A stretch of DNA of 64,000 nucleotides from Thalassobaculaceae bacterium (GTDB lineage: Bacteria > Pseudomonadota > Alphaproteobacteria > Thalassobaculales > Thalassobaculaceae): NCBI GenBank assembly GCA_965228875.1, contig OZ245843.1, positions 788,616 to 852,615 on the forward strand, given 5' to 3'. Under the pieces are notes generated by a model. It was not told where the DNA came from. It searched no databases and saw only the letters and a list, made by a program, of their open reading frames with translations. The translations under genes and the position numbers were made by a program. Shown here piece by piece: positions 18,850 to 28,599 of this stretch; the first letter of the stretch is position 1; each line of letters starts with the position of its first letter.

Positions 18850-20982
18850 TCAGAACTTCGCCGTCAGCCGGAAGGTCGCGGTCAGGGGTTCGCCGTAGAA
18901 GGTTCCGCGTTCAACGGTGTTCACCCGCTGAATGTACTTGCGGTCCAGAACGTTGTGGACGGCGACGCTGGCGTCCACGTTCTCGGTGATCGCATAGCCC
19001 ACCAGCGCGTTGACGATCGCATAGCCCGGTGCCTCGATCGGCACGCCGCTCGCCTGAGACTTGAAACCGCTCACCGCCTGGACGCCGGCGCCGAGATAGG
19101 CGTCCTGCAGCGGACCGTCGAGGAAGGTGTACTTGGCGAACCCGACCAGGCTGTGCTCCGGCGTCGGATCGGTGTCGAGGTCGGTCGTCACGTAGCTGTA
19201 GCCCGCGATCAGGTCGACACCCGGGTAGGGGCTGCCGCTGACGTTGACCTCGAAGCCCTTGGTCTCCGCCTCGCCGGAGGCGGTGAAGGAGCCGACATTG
19301 GCCGTGTCGTCTTCGGCCCGGTTCTCGTCCTCAAGCCAGAATACCGCCGTCTGGGCGTTCAGTGCGCCGTCCAGGAAGCTGGCCTTCGCGCCGACCTCGA
19401 CCTGTCGGCCGATCACCGGGTCGAGCTGCGAGCCGTCGGCGGCCTGCTCGCTCTGGGGCTGGAAGATCTCCGAGTAGCTGGAATAGGCGGTCAGCTGCGA
19501 CGTCAGGTCGTAGCTCAGGCCGACCATCGGCACGAAACGGTCGGCGGAAACCTCGGTCGTGATGCCGCGGCCGGTGTCCTCGGTCTCGCTGTCGTAGGTC
19601 GCGAGACGGGCGCCGAAGCTGAGATTCAGGCCGTCGAGAACCTGGAGGCGGGCGTAGCCGTAGCCGCCGTACTCCGTGGATTCTGTTTCTGTGTTCAGCC
19701 GGAAACCGGGGCCTACACCTGGAAAGGTGACGTCGGGTTCGGCGATCGAACCGGGGTCGAAGGTGTAGATGTTGTGCGTGCCGGCCGAGAAGTCGAAGTT
19801 CTGCTTCATGTCCTGCTCGGACAGCCGCGCGTCGGCGCCGATGGTGAATTCGCTGCTGCGGCCCATGAAGGTGAACGGCGAGGTCAGGTTGGCGTCGACG
19901 TAAGAGGTCAGTTCGTCGAACTTGCGGGCGAAGGTGAACATCGAGAAATCGCCCGTGTCCCGATCCACGCCGCTCAGGCCGAGCGCCGTCTTGATGTTGA
20001 CGTCACGGCCGTAGGTCCGGGCGGTGACCTTGAGGATACCCCCATAGTCGAACCCGTGCTCGGCCTCGACGAAGCCCTCGGCGGTGTCGATCTCCCGGGT
20101 GTTCCAGTCGGCCCCGATGAAGGTGCTCCGGTCGAGGTCGATCAGCGTGCCGTCGGTGAAGGTCGGCAGGCCGCTCGTCCCGGTGGTGTCCTGGGTCTCG
20201 GCGATGCCGCCGATGGAAAGGGTGGTGGTTTCGGTGATATCGGCCTCGAGGGTTCCGTATCCGCCTCCCTTGTCCTGGTTCTGAACGTCGACGAAGGAGT
20301 CGCGGGTGAGGCCATACCCGATCACCCGTCCCCGCAGCGAACCGGACTCGTTCAGCGGTCCGCCGACATCCCCCTCGGCCCGGTAGGCGTCGTAGGAACC
20401 GGCCGATGCGCCGAAGTTGGCGGCCAGGCGGTCGCCGGGTCGCTTGCGTACCAGGTTAAGGGTGCCGACCGGCTCGCCGGAGCCCTGGAACACGCCGGAG
20501 GGGCCCGACAGGAACTCGATGCGGTCGAAGAACACGAGGTCGGGCGCGGTGCCGTAGAGGCTGAGGAAGGGTCTTGGCGCCCCGTCGATGTTGTAGGTGA
20601 ACACCTCGTGACCGCGTGAGTACAGCGACCCGTCGTAGAGGTTGCCGGTAGCCGTCGTCACGTTCGGGATCAGATAACCCGCTTCCTCAAGCGTGTTGGC
20701 GTTGGCGTCGTCGAGCCTCTGGCGGGTGATGACGGTGACGCTCTGCGGCACTTTGCGGATGTCGACCGGATGCTTGTAGCCGACCGTGGCCCGTTCTGTG
20801 GTGTAGGAACCGGTGTCTTCCGTCACCACGCCCGGATCGCCTTCGACGACGATCGGCGAGAGAACCATCGGCTGGCTGTCGGCCTGCTGAGCGGCGGCGG
20901 CACCCGCCATCGCGGCATAGGCGGTGCCGGCAAGCAGCATCGCGGTCAGCGCCTTGCGGCTGTCTGTCGGTAGTGCGGACAT
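18850..20982 (-). CDS. TonB-dependent siderophore receptor (FhuE/FpvA-like)
   Basis: 'VPQSVTVITRQRLDD', 'FDRIEFLSGPSG..GTLNLVRKRP', 'HNVLDRKY..YGEPLT..TAKF'. Confidence 0.92.
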   Translation of the reverse strand: MSALPTDSRKALTAMLLAGTAYAAMAGAAAAQQADSQPMVLSPIVVEGDPGVVTEDTGSYTTERATVGYKHPVDIRKVPQSVTVITRQRLDDANANTLEEAGYLIPNVTTATGNLYDGSLYSRGHEVFTYNIDGAPRPFLSLYGTAPDLVFFDRIEFLSGPSGVFQGSGEPVGTLNLVRKRPGDRLAANFGASAGSYDAYRAEGDVGGPLNESGSLRGRVIGYGLTRDSFVDVQNQDKGGGYGTLEADITETTTLSIGGIAETQDTTGTSGLPTFTDGTLIDLDRSTFIGADWNTREIDTAEGFVEAEHGFDYGGILKVTARTYGRDVNIKTALGLSGVDRDTGDFSMFTFARKFDELTSYVDANLTSPFTFMGRSSEFTIGADARLSEQDMKQNFDFSAGTHNIYTFDPGSIAEPDVTFPGVGPGFRLNTETESTEYGGYGYARLQVLDGLNLSFGARLATYDSETEDTGRGITTEVSADRFVPMVGLSYDLTSQLTAYSSYSEIFQPQSEQAADGSQLDPVIGRQVEVGAKASFLDGALNAQTAVFWLEDENRAEDDTANVGSFTASGEAETKGFEVNVSGSPYPGVDLIAGYSYVTTDLDTDPTPEHSLVGFAKYTFLDGPLQDAYLGAGVQAVSGFKSQASGVPIEAPGYAIVNALVGYAITENVDASVAVHNVLDRKYIQRVNTVERGTFYGEPLTATFRLTAKF

Positions 20983-21048
20983 TCCTGTTTCCCCCGGCTC
21001 GCCCCGACATCCGTCGGGGACTCACGATCATCGCGTCCTTTGTATGAG

Positions 21049-21067
21049 ATTGCGAACCATTCGCAAT
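21049..21067. promoter_or_regulatory. Putative Fur-type iron box in the divergent receptor/AraC promoter
   Basis: Perfect 8-3-8 palindrome ATTGCGAA-CCA-TTCGCAAT. Confidence 0.7.
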
Positions 21068-21114
21068 ACGGGCATCTTTGCGGTATCGCGAACGACGTTT
21101 GAGGTGAGGGCAAA

Positions 21115-22125
21115 ATGACCCAGGGGCCACCGCAACGAGGGAAACGACCCGGAACTCGGCTGCCTGTCGGCGAGGGCGACCTGGAGGCGGTTGGGCGCCT
21201 GGCCGGCGCCGACTATCGGGTGCGCGCGGCCAACGGGCCGGGGGCGCAGTTGCTTGAAGGCCGGGTCTCCTACCGGACGTTCGAATCCGGGATCAGTCTT
21301 CACGCGACCGACGCCATCGAAATGACGGACCTGAAGTCCGAGGTGGTTCTCGGTGCGGGCCTGTGCGTCATGTTGCTTCTGGAAGGTGCCGTAGAAGCGT
21401 CCCTGGACGGCACCTCCCTGAAGTTCCGTGCCGAAGGCGCGCCGTCCGGCAGGATCTGGTCGCTGACCCGCCCCACCACCCTGATTCGGGCATCCGCGCA
21501 GGGCCGACATGTCCGCAAGGTCAACGTCAACGTCCCCCCGCCTTGGCTCGAGAAGCGCCTCGGCGGTGGGCGGGCGACCAGTGGCGAACTGGCGGATTTC
21601 CTGCGCGCACAGCTGTCGATCAAGGCCTGGACGCCATCCGCCGGCTCGGTGCGCGGCGCTGAGGAGATCCTCGCGGTGGGAGACGGGGACGGCCTGCTCG
21701 ACCAGCTGACCCTGGAACGCAATGCCCTGGACATCCTGAGCGACGCCCTTTCCCGGTTCCACCCGCTCACGGCCGGCACGACGGTGCCGGATCACGTCAG
21801 CCTGCGCGACATGTCACGGGCGCAGGCGGTGCGGGATCTGATCCTGCGGTCGCTGGATAAGGACGTGAATCTGCCGGAACTCGCGCGGGCGAGCGGTATG
21901 AGCACCAGTACCCTGCAGAGGGTGTTCAGGAAGTGCTACGGCCGGACGGTCATGGAGTTCCTGCGCATCCGGCGTCTGGAACTGGGCCGCGATGTGCTTG
22001 TGCGGCACGGCGTATCCGTCGCCGAGGCGGCTCATCGGGCCGGTTACACGAGCCCGGCCAACTTCGCGACCGCCTTCCAGCGAGAGTTCGGCTACCCCCC
22101 ATCCCAGGTCCGCGGCCGGGCATAG
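21115..22125 (+). CDS. AraC-family transcriptional regulator (PchR/YbtA-like)
   Basis: C-terminal 'LARASGMSTSTLQRVFR..VAEAAHRAGYTSPANFATAFQREFG'. Divergent from a siderophore receptor. Confidence 0.9.
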   Translation: MTQGPPQRGKRPGTRLPVGEGDLEAVGRLAGADYRVRAANGPGAQLLEGRVSYRTFESGISLHATDAIEMTDLKSEVVLGAGLCVMLLLEGAVEASLDGTSLKFRAEGAPSGRIWSLTRPTTLIRASAQGRHVRKVNVNVPPPWLEKRLGGGRATSGELADFLRAQLSIKAWTPSAGSVRGAEEILAVGDGDGLLDQLTLERNALDILSDALSRFHPLTAGTTVPDHVSLRDMSRAQAVRDLILRSLDKDVNLPELARASGMSTSTLQRVFRKCYGRTVMEFLRIRRLELGRDVLVRHGVSVAEAAHRAGYTSPANFATAFQREFGYPPSQVRGRA

Positions 22126-22150
22126 CCCGTGGCGCGGGCGTCGCCGCGGG

Positions 22151-22741
22151 TCAGTTCCGCACGATGACGGACGCCGAGAGGGGGCGGTCGCCGACGACAA
22201 GCGGGCGGTGGTCGTTTGCGTTCAGCGTGACGGCGACGGTCACCGGCCCCGGCGGGAGGGAACTCAGGTGGGTCCACGGCCCGTAGACGCGGCCGAGCTT
22301 CTCGCCGTTCACGTAGACGTGGGCATGGCCTTCGCCCGGCACGTGGTCGCCGCTAGCGTGCTCCGGGGCGAAGCGAAATCCGGATGTCTCGATCCGCAGG
22401 TTCCAGCCGCTTGCCGGGTCGGGCGTCACGCCGAGTGCAAGCGTCGGCGCGCCGGCGCCGGCCGGCAGCACATGCGGGCTTCCGTGGTCGTGACGATCCG
22501 GACCGGAGACGACACCGCGCGGCATGTCCGCTGTGCAGATGTGTCCCGCAAGCAGGTCGCCCTCAAGGTCGGGCATTGCCGTCGCCTTCGCAACCGGCGC
22601 CGAGGGTTCGCCGTGCCGGTGGTGACCCGGCTTGCCGTGGTCGTGCCCGTCCAGGGTGATCCCGTTGCCCGCGGCGACGGCAAAGCCGATGCCACCGCCG
22701 AAGATCAGCCCGATGAGCAGCATGGGAATGGATCGGTCCAT
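22151..22741 (-). CDS. His-rich membrane-anchored putative metal-binding protein
   Basis: N-terminal TM helix, His clusters, and 'GEGHAHVYVNG..TLNANDH'. Downstream of cbtA. Confidence 0.65.
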   Translation of the reverse strand: MDRSIPMLLIGLIFGGGIGFAVAAGNGITLDGHDHGKPGHHRHGEPSAPVAKATAMPDLEGDLLAGHICTADMPRGVVSGPDRHDHGSPHVLPAGAGAPTLALGVTPDPASGWNLRIETSGFRFAPEHASGDHVPGEGHAHVYVNGEKLGRVYGPWTHLSSLPPGPVTVAVTLNANDHRPLVVGDRPLSASVIVRN

Positions 22742-22808
22742 GGGGGCTCCGTCCTGTGGACCGCCGGACCGCGGACCCGCGCCGGCGGAACGTCGTCTCC
22801 GGGCGTCC

Positions 22809-23510
22809 TCAGGCGGCCTCGGTCGCGCCGGCGCCGGCAGCGTCCCTCGACCAGAAGTAGCCGCCGAGACCGCCGACCATCACCCAGGCGGCAAGCCCGA
22901 CGCCATAGGCACGGGCGGCGAACAGCGCGCCGATCTCGGTCGGGGCGGGGCCGGTGAACACGTCCGGTTCCGGCGCGCCGATGACATGCGGCGCGAGCAG
23001 TAAGGCCACGGCCGGGCCCCACGCCTTCCAGCCATGTCCGAACGCGATCAGCCACAGGGCTGCCGAGGCGGCCGCCACGGTGGCGAGCCACCAGGCCTGA
23101 CGCGCGTAGACATCGGCGGAGGCGACGCCCGGAACCTCCGGCGGCAGCGTGAAGCCGGGGGCGAAATGGACCGCAACGAAGCCGGCGACGCCCCAGATGA
23201 GACCGGTCCGGACAGAGATCGACGCCCCCCGCTGCTCGGCCAGAGACATCAGAGCCACCATGACAAGGGCGTAGCCGGAATAGATCAGCATGGTGAAGAC
23301 GATGCTCAATCCGTCGCGCACGGGATCGAGGCCCCCGACCTCCGGATGGGCGGAGAGCTCGGACGCGCTGCCGAAATGCACGAGGTGACCGCCCTCGTAC
23401 AGTTCGGCGTGGAGCAGCACCGGCTGAACGAAATACAGCTGCAACAGGGCCGCAAGCAGACCGGCGACGGCGCCAGCGAACAGGCCGCTGGTCAGGATCC
23501 GGGTGAACAT
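22809..23510 (-). CDS. cbtA: Cobalt transporter subunit CbtA
   Basis: 'VQPVLLHAELYE', 'LPPEVPG', 'RQAWWLAT', 'LAPHVIGAP' and five TM helices. Confidence 0.88.
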   Translation of the reverse strand: MFTRILTSGLFAGAVAGLLAALLQLYFVQPVLLHAELYEGGHLVHFGSASELSAHPEVGGLDPVRDGLSIVFTMLIYSGYALVMVALMSLAEQRGASISVRTGLIWGVAGFVAVHFAPGFTLPPEVPGVASADVYARQAWWLATVAAASAALWLIAFGHGWKAWGPAVALLLAPHVIGAPEPDVFTGPAPTEIGALFAARAYGVGLAAWVMVGGLGGYFWSRDAAGAGATEAA

Positions 23511-23514
23511 GGCG

Positions 23515-23685
23515 TCAGTGACACGGGAACCCGGTCGAGTGCCGGACGTCGTGAGCGGCGTTGTGCAGCGTCTCGGTCTGGACATGGCCGGCGACGAAGA
23601 CGATGGCGAGCCCGAAAAGGGCGGCCAGGATCGCCGGCGTGTACCTTGAGGTGGAAACGCCGGTGGCGGTCGCGGTGGTGTTCAT
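23515..23685 (-). CDS. cbtB: Cobalt transporter subunit CbtB
   Basis: One TM helix plus the signature 'LHNAAHDVRHSTGFPCH'. RBS GGAAGGA. Confidence 0.9.
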   Translation of the reverse strand: MNTTATATGVSTSRYTPAILAALFGLAIVFVAGHVQTETLHNAAHDVRHSTGFPCH

Positions 23686-23732
23686 CGAGGGTCCTTCCTG
23701 CCGCCGCACCCGGCGATCGTGGGCAATCAAGA

Positions 23733-23845
23733 GCGTCCGGTTCGTCCTTTGCGAAGGCGGCTCCGGCTTGGACGTGAGCGCGGGCACCGGTTTCCCGGAA
23801 CGCATTCAGCCGGACGGCCTTCGGATTGAGAGCCAAGTCGGACGC
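23733..23845 (-). ncRNA. Candidate structured cis-regulatory leader RNA of cbtBA
   Basis: Closing stem GCGUCCG/CGGACGC, nested stem UCCGGCU/AGCCGGA, and a CCGG-GAAA-CCGG tetraloop hairpin. Starts just downstream of a TTGGCA-N18-TAAGGT promoter-like site. Lacks canonical B12-box motifs. Confidence 0.45.
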
Positions 23846-24040
23846 CGCAACCTTACGCCCCCGCAACAGCCCTTGCCAAGCGGTCGCCCGGCGTGGCCAA
23901 AGCAACGGTCGTCGCTACCGGTCGCGGTAAGGCCGTGCCGCCGGATCTCGCCCCTGGGGGGGCACGGGTCTTGGTGACGACGCCGGCACCCCTATCTCAA
24001 GGTGGGCCATCGACGACGGAACGGGACGGAGAATAGTTGG

Positions 24041-25234
24041 ATGCGCGTTGATGTGGTCATCGTCGGCAACGGGCCGACCGGCCGGCTTGCCCAAAGGGCG
24101 CTCAGCGCCCTTGGTCTCGACACCGTCGTCGTCGCGCCGGCGGGTGGCCCGAGACGAGATCCGAGGACGATCGCGCTGCTGCCCGGTACGGTCGCGTCGC
24201 TTGATAGCCTGGGTGTCGACGTGCGGCCGCACGCCACCGTCCTCCCCGAACTGGTCATTCAGACGATGGGACCGTTCGGCCTCTCGGCCGAGCGGTTCTC
24301 GGCCGCCGAGATCGGCGAGCCCTACCTCGCGCTCAACGTGCCGATCGCCCGTCTTGCCGAGCTCATGCCTGTCGCGGATGCCGTGGAAGCCGCCGTCTCG
24401 GGGCTGAGCCGGACCCACGGACGCGCCGCGATCTCGAGCGCGGAGGGTACGCGGATCGAGGCACGGCTGGTGGTTGCGGCGGACGGTGCCGCGTCCCCGA
24501 CGCGAGAGGCGGCAGGGATCCGGATGTACCGGCGGTCCCTCGGCCTGAGCGCGCTCTGTGCGCCGGTAGCGCTTGGCTCGGACCATGGCGGCGTCTGCAT
24601 CGAACGCTACGACGACGTCGGATCGGTGACCGTCATCCCCGTCGGAACGCGGGACGGGTCGCTCATCACGATCGCGCCGACCCCGGCCGTCGAGCGGTTG
24701 GCCGACGCCGGTCCAGAGAGCATCGCCGCCTCGGTCGTCGAGCGCCAACCCGCCTATGGGTCGGTTCGGCTGGTCGGGGAGCCGGCGCTGTTCGGGCTGT
24801 CGATCGGCTGGTCCCCGAGTCCGGGCAGGCAACGCGTCGTCGCCGTGGGCGAGGCGGCGCACACCGTGCCGCCGATCGGGGCGCAGGGCTGGAACATGGC
24901 CGCTGGCGACGTGATCGCCCTGCGCGATGCCGTGGCGGCCGCCGTGCAGGCGGGGAGGGACATCGGCGCCGCTGACGTGCTGGCGGACTATGCCCGCCGG
25001 CGGCGGGGCGATCTGGCGGGCCGGATCACCGCGGTCGGCCTGCTCGCCGGGGTGGCGACGAACCATGCGGGGCCGGCCCGGCTGGCGCGGCAGATCGGCC
25101 TCGGCGTGCTCTCGCGGCTTCCGGGGGCGAAGCGGCGGCTGATGCGCAACGGTCTCGGCCGGACCGCGCAAGGCGGCCGCCGACCGAGACCGGGCAAAGC
25201 CCCTGCGAAATCACGGTCTGGCGGAGACATCTGA
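24041..25234 (+). CDS. UbiH/UbiL-family FAD-dependent monooxygenase (divergent)
   Basis: 'VVIVGNGPTG', 'VVAADGAAS', 'VGEAAHTVPPIGAQGWN'. Confidence 0.75.
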   Translation: MRVDVVIVGNGPTGRLAQRALSALGLDTVVVAPAGGPRRDPRTIALLPGTVASLDSLGVDVRPHATVLPELVIQTMGPFGLSAERFSAAEIGEPYLALNVPIARLAELMPVADAVEAAVSGLSRTHGRAAISSAEGTRIEARLVVAADGAASPTREAAGIRMYRRSLGLSALCAPVALGSDHGGVCIERYDDVGSVTVIPVGTRDGSLITIAPTPAVERLADAGPESIAASVVERQPAYGSVRLVGEPALFGLSIGWSPSPGRQRVVAVGEAAHTVPPIGAQGWNMAAGDVIALRDAVAAAVQAGRDIGAADVLADYARRRRGDLAGRITAVGLLAGVATNHAGPARLARQIGLGVLSRLPGAKRRLMRNGLGRTAQGGRRPRPGKAPAKSRSGGDI

Positions 25235-25297
25235 TCGTGTGATTCTGTGCTGTTTTCAACAGCTTGAAGCGCGACCCGTCCCCACGGCCGCCCACGT

Positions 25298-26695
25298 TCA
25301 GTCGCTGGGAGCCGTCATGAGTTCCGGGCGGACCAGCCTGTCGAACTCCTCCTCCGAGACGTAGCCGAGACCGAGAGCTTCGTCCCTGAGCGACGTACCG
25401 TTCTTGTGCGCCGCCTTCGCGATCTCGGTGGCCTTGTCGTAGCCGATGGCCGGGGCCAGCGCCGTGACGAGCATCAGCGAGCGCTCCATCAGGACCCTGA
25501 TGTTGTCCTCGTTCGCGGTGATGCCGCTCACGCACCGGTCCGTGAAGCTGACCGAAGCGTCGGCCAGCAGCCTGATCGACTGCAGCATGGCGTTCGCCAT
25601 GACGGGCTTGAACACGTTGAGCTCGAAGTGACCCTGGCTGCCCGCGAAGGACATGGTAGCCTGGTTCCCGTGGACCTGGGTGCACACCATCGTCAGTGCC
25701 TCGCACTGGGTCGGGTTGACCTTGCCGGGCATGATGGACGATCCGGGCTCGTTCTCCGGAAGCGCCAGTTCCCCGAGGCCGGACCGCGGCCCGGAGCCGA
25801 GCAGGCGGATATCGTTCGCGATCTTGAACAGCGAGACGGCGACGGTGTTCAGCGCACCGTGGGCGTAGACGTAGGCGTCGTTCGCGGCCAGGGCCTCGAA
25901 CTTGTTGGGCGCCGTGCGGAACGGCAGGCCGGTGATCTGAGCGACCTCGGCGGCGAAGCTTTCCGCGAACCCCTTTCGGCTGTTCAGTCCCGTGCCGACG
26001 GCGGTACCGCCCTGCGCGAGATCCAGAAGGTCCTCCGAGGCCTCGGTCACGCGACGGATTCCAAGCTCGACCTGCTTGGCGTAGCCGCTGAACTCCTGAC
26101 CGAGGGTAAGCGGCGTGGCGTCCTGGGTGTGGGTGCGTCCGATCTTCACGATCGACTGCCAGTCGGCGGCCTTCCGCTCCAACGCGCCCTTGAGGTGTTC
26201 GAGCGCCGGAAGAAGGGCACGACGGATCTCCGTCGCGGCGGCGATATGCATCGCGGTCGGGAACGTGTCGTTCGACGACTGGCTCATGTTGCAGTGATCG
26301 TTGGGATGCACCGGATGCTTGGAGCCGATCTCGCCCCCGAGAATTTCGATCGCCCGGTTGGCGATGACCTCGTTGGCGTTCATGTTGGACTGCGTTCCCG
26401 ACCCGGTCTGCCAGACCACAAGGGGGAAGTCTTCGTCGAACGCTCCCTGGGCGACTTCCGCGGCCGCGCGCTCGATGGCCTCGGCGAGTTCCGGTGCGAG
26501 TCTGCCCTGCGCCCTGTTCACCCGTGCCGCCGCCTGCTTGATGACGCCCAGGGCGTGAACGAGGGGGCGCGGCAGGGTCTCTCCGCCGATCGGAAAGTTC
26601 ATCAGCGACCGGGCGGTCTGAGCGCCGTAGTAACGGGCGGCCGGTACCTCGAGGGTACCGAACGAGTCGGATTCCAACCGGACGTCTCCAGACAT
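25298..26695 (-). CDS. fumC: Class II fumarate hydratase
   Basis: '[15 protein letters not shown]', '[12 protein letters not shown]', signature '[11 protein letters not shown]'. Confidence 0.97.
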   Translation of the reverse strand: MSGDVRLESDSFGTLEVPAARYYGAQTARSLMNFPIGGETLPRPLVHALGVIKQAAARVNRAQGRLAPELAEAIERAAAEVAQGAFDEDFPLVVWQTGSGTQSNMNANEVIANRAIEILGGEIGSKHPVHPNDHCNMSQSSNDTFPTAMHIAAATEIRRALLPALEHLKGALERKAADWQSIVKIGRTHTQDATPLTLGQEFSGYAKQVELGIRRVTEASEDLLDLAQGGTAVGTGLNSRKGFAESFAAEVAQITGLPFRTAPNKFEALAANDAYVYAHGALNTVAVSLFKIANDIRLLGSGPRSGLGELALPENEPGSSIMPGKVNPTQCEALTMVCTQVHGNQATMSFAGSQGHFELNVFKPVMANAMLQSIRLLADASVSFTDRCVSGITANEDNIRVLMERSLMLVTALAPAIGYDKATEIAKAAHKNGTSLRDEALGLGYVSEEEFDRLVRPELMTAPSD

Positions 26696-26942
26696 GATGT
26701 CCTCATGGGTTCTGTGAAGGGCAGGGGGCAGCCGGCCATCTCCGCTCGCATCGCCGAGCCCCGGCGTTCTGCCGGCAGATCCGGGTCCGGGTCATGGTAG
26801 GCCGAACGCGCCGAAATGTGCGGAGTGTCTCGCCAACGTCTTGTTGCGTTATCCGCCGGTCCTACGCTTCGACCCGACGCTTTCTGCGCCGGCCGTCCGG
26901 AAACCGCAGCGCGTCGCGTTTCGAGCCGCATGGCCGATAAAT

Positions 26943-26961
26943 AATGATAACGCTTCGCAAT
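26943..26961. promoter_or_regulatory. Putative Fur-type iron box upstream of fumC
   Basis: AATGATAACGCTTCGCAAT in an AT-rich patch. Shares the TCGCAAT half-site with the boxes at 10222 and 21049. Confidence 0.6.
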
Positions 26962-27048
26962 ATCAATGGGTGCGGTGCGGAGAGGCGCCCGCCCGGTCGA
27001 CGCATTCGACGCCGGCTCCGCGCCGACCGGGCCAGGAACCCGCCGGAC

Positions 27049-28194
27049 TCAGCGGAACGCCAGGTTGTCCCGCGAGAGTTCGGCGACGCTGCGGCAGCCC
27101 ATGAGCTTCATCCCGCGCTCGATCTCGGCGCGCATCAGCGTCAGTGCCCGCTCCACGCCCGCCTGACCCGCGGCGGCGAGGGGATAGAGGTAGAAGCGCC
27201 CACCGCCGACCGCCTTCGCACCGAGCGAAAGCGCCTTCAGGATGTGCGTGCCCCGCTGGATCCCGCTGTCCATGATGACATCGATCCGGTCGCCGACCGC
27301 GGCGACGATCTCCTCAAGCTGGTCGAACGGCGCGCGCGAGCCGTCGAGTTGTCGCCCACCGTGGTTGGACAGGACGATCCCGGTGCAGCCGATTTCCACC
27401 GCCCGGCGGGCGTCCTCGACCGACATCACGCCCTTGAGGCAGAACTGACCGTCCCAGAGCTCGACCATCTTGGCGACGTCGTCCCAGGTCATCGAGGGGT
27501 CGAGCATCTCGGTGAAGTACCTGCCGATCGACATCGTGCCGCCGCCCATGTCGACGTGCTCGTCCAACTGGGGAAGCTTGAAGGACTCGTGCGTCAGGTA
27601 GTTGATGCCCCACGCCGGCTTGATCGCGAACTGCGCCATTCCGGCGAGCGTGAGACGGAACGGGATGGAGAAACCGGTCCGCAGGTCCCGCTCGCGGTTG
27701 CCGCCGGTGATGCTGTCGACCGTGAGCATCATCACGTCGATCCCGGCCGACTTCGCGCGTTCGAGCATGGCGCGGTTCAAGCCGCGGTCCTTGTGGAAGT
27801 AGAACTGGTAGACCTGCGGCGTGTCGTACGCCCGGCGCAACTCCTCTAGGCTGACCGTGCCGAGCGAGGAGACCCCGAACATGGTTCCGAACTTCGAGGC
27901 GGCCGCCGCCACCGCGCGCTCTCCATCGTGGTGAAAGAGCCTTTGCAGGGCGGTCGGCGAACAGTAGATCGGCATATCGAGCTTCTGGCCGAGGACCTCG
28001 ACCGACATGTCGATGTCCTCCACCCCGCGCAGGATGTTCGGAACCAGGTCGCAACGCTCGAAGCTCTCGGTGTTGCGCCGGTACGTCACCTCGTCGTCGG
28101 CCGCCCCGTCGATATAGTTGAAGATTGGCCCCGGCAGCCTGCGCTGCGCCAGCTTCCGGAAATCGTGGAAGTTGTGGCAGTTCTCGAGTCTCAT
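27049..28194 (-). CDS. lldD: FMN-dependent alpha-hydroxy acid dehydrogenase (L-lactate dehydrogenase-like)
   Basis: 'YIDGAADDE', 'GNRERD', 'SNHGGRQLD', 'DSGIQRGT'. Substrate is inferred. Confidence 0.85.
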   Translation of the reverse strand: MRLENCHNFHDFRKLAQRRLPGPIFNYIDGAADDEVTYRRNTESFERCDLVPNILRGVEDIDMSVEVLGQKLDMPIYCSPTALQRLFHHDGERAVAAAASKFGTMFGVSSLGTVSLEELRRAYDTPQVYQFYFHKDRGLNRAMLERAKSAGIDVMMLTVDSITGGNRERDLRTGFSIPFRLTLAGMAQFAIKPAWGINYLTHESFKLPQLDEHVDMGGGTMSIGRYFTEMLDPSMTWDDVAKMVELWDGQFCLKGVMSVEDARRAVEIGCTGIVLSNHGGRQLDGSRAPFDQLEEIVAAVGDRIDVIMDSGIQRGTHILKALSLGAKAVGGGRFYLYPLAAAGQAGVERALTLMRAEIERGMKLMGCRSVAELSRDNLAFR

Positions 28195-28327
28195 GGATCC
28201 TCACTTTGTGCACAGGTCGAGCCGTGGATACAGGATATCAAAATCCGTGTCGGCGCAATCGCCCGCAGCGAGGCGGCGGGCCAGGGGGGCTCGAACGGCG
28301 CAGGCGTGTTGAGAAGGAGCGTATGAA

Positions 28328-28513
28328 TTGATCGGGTTCGAACTGCCGGCCGAACTGGCACTGATGATCTTCGTCGTTCTGTGCTGGTGCGGTTTCCGGT
28401 ATCGCACCCTCTGGAAGACGGAGGGAGCCCGCTGGAAGCTCTGGCTCTACGGCGGTCTGGCCGGCGCGTGCTTCCTCGCCCTGGGATTCATCCCGATTTC
28501 GACATCGTTCTAA
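28328..28513 (+). CDS. Small two-TM hypothetical membrane protein
   Basis: 61 aa with two hydrophobic segments. AAGGAG upstream of the TTG start. Confidence 0.55.
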   Translation: MIGFELPAELALMIFVVLCWCGFRYRTLWKTEGARWKLWLYGGLAGACFLALGFIPISTSF

Positions 28514-28599
28514 GGCATTAGAAATAAAGCAAATTCACACGATCAGAGGGGAAACATCTGATCGCGCTCCAGGGTCGCCCGCGCCGGCCCGCGGACGCG

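Noticed and set aside
23850..23870. GCCCCCGCAAC resembling part of a B12 riboswitch near cbtB
   Set aside because: It is on the strand opposite to cbtB transcription and lacks the other riboswitch elements.
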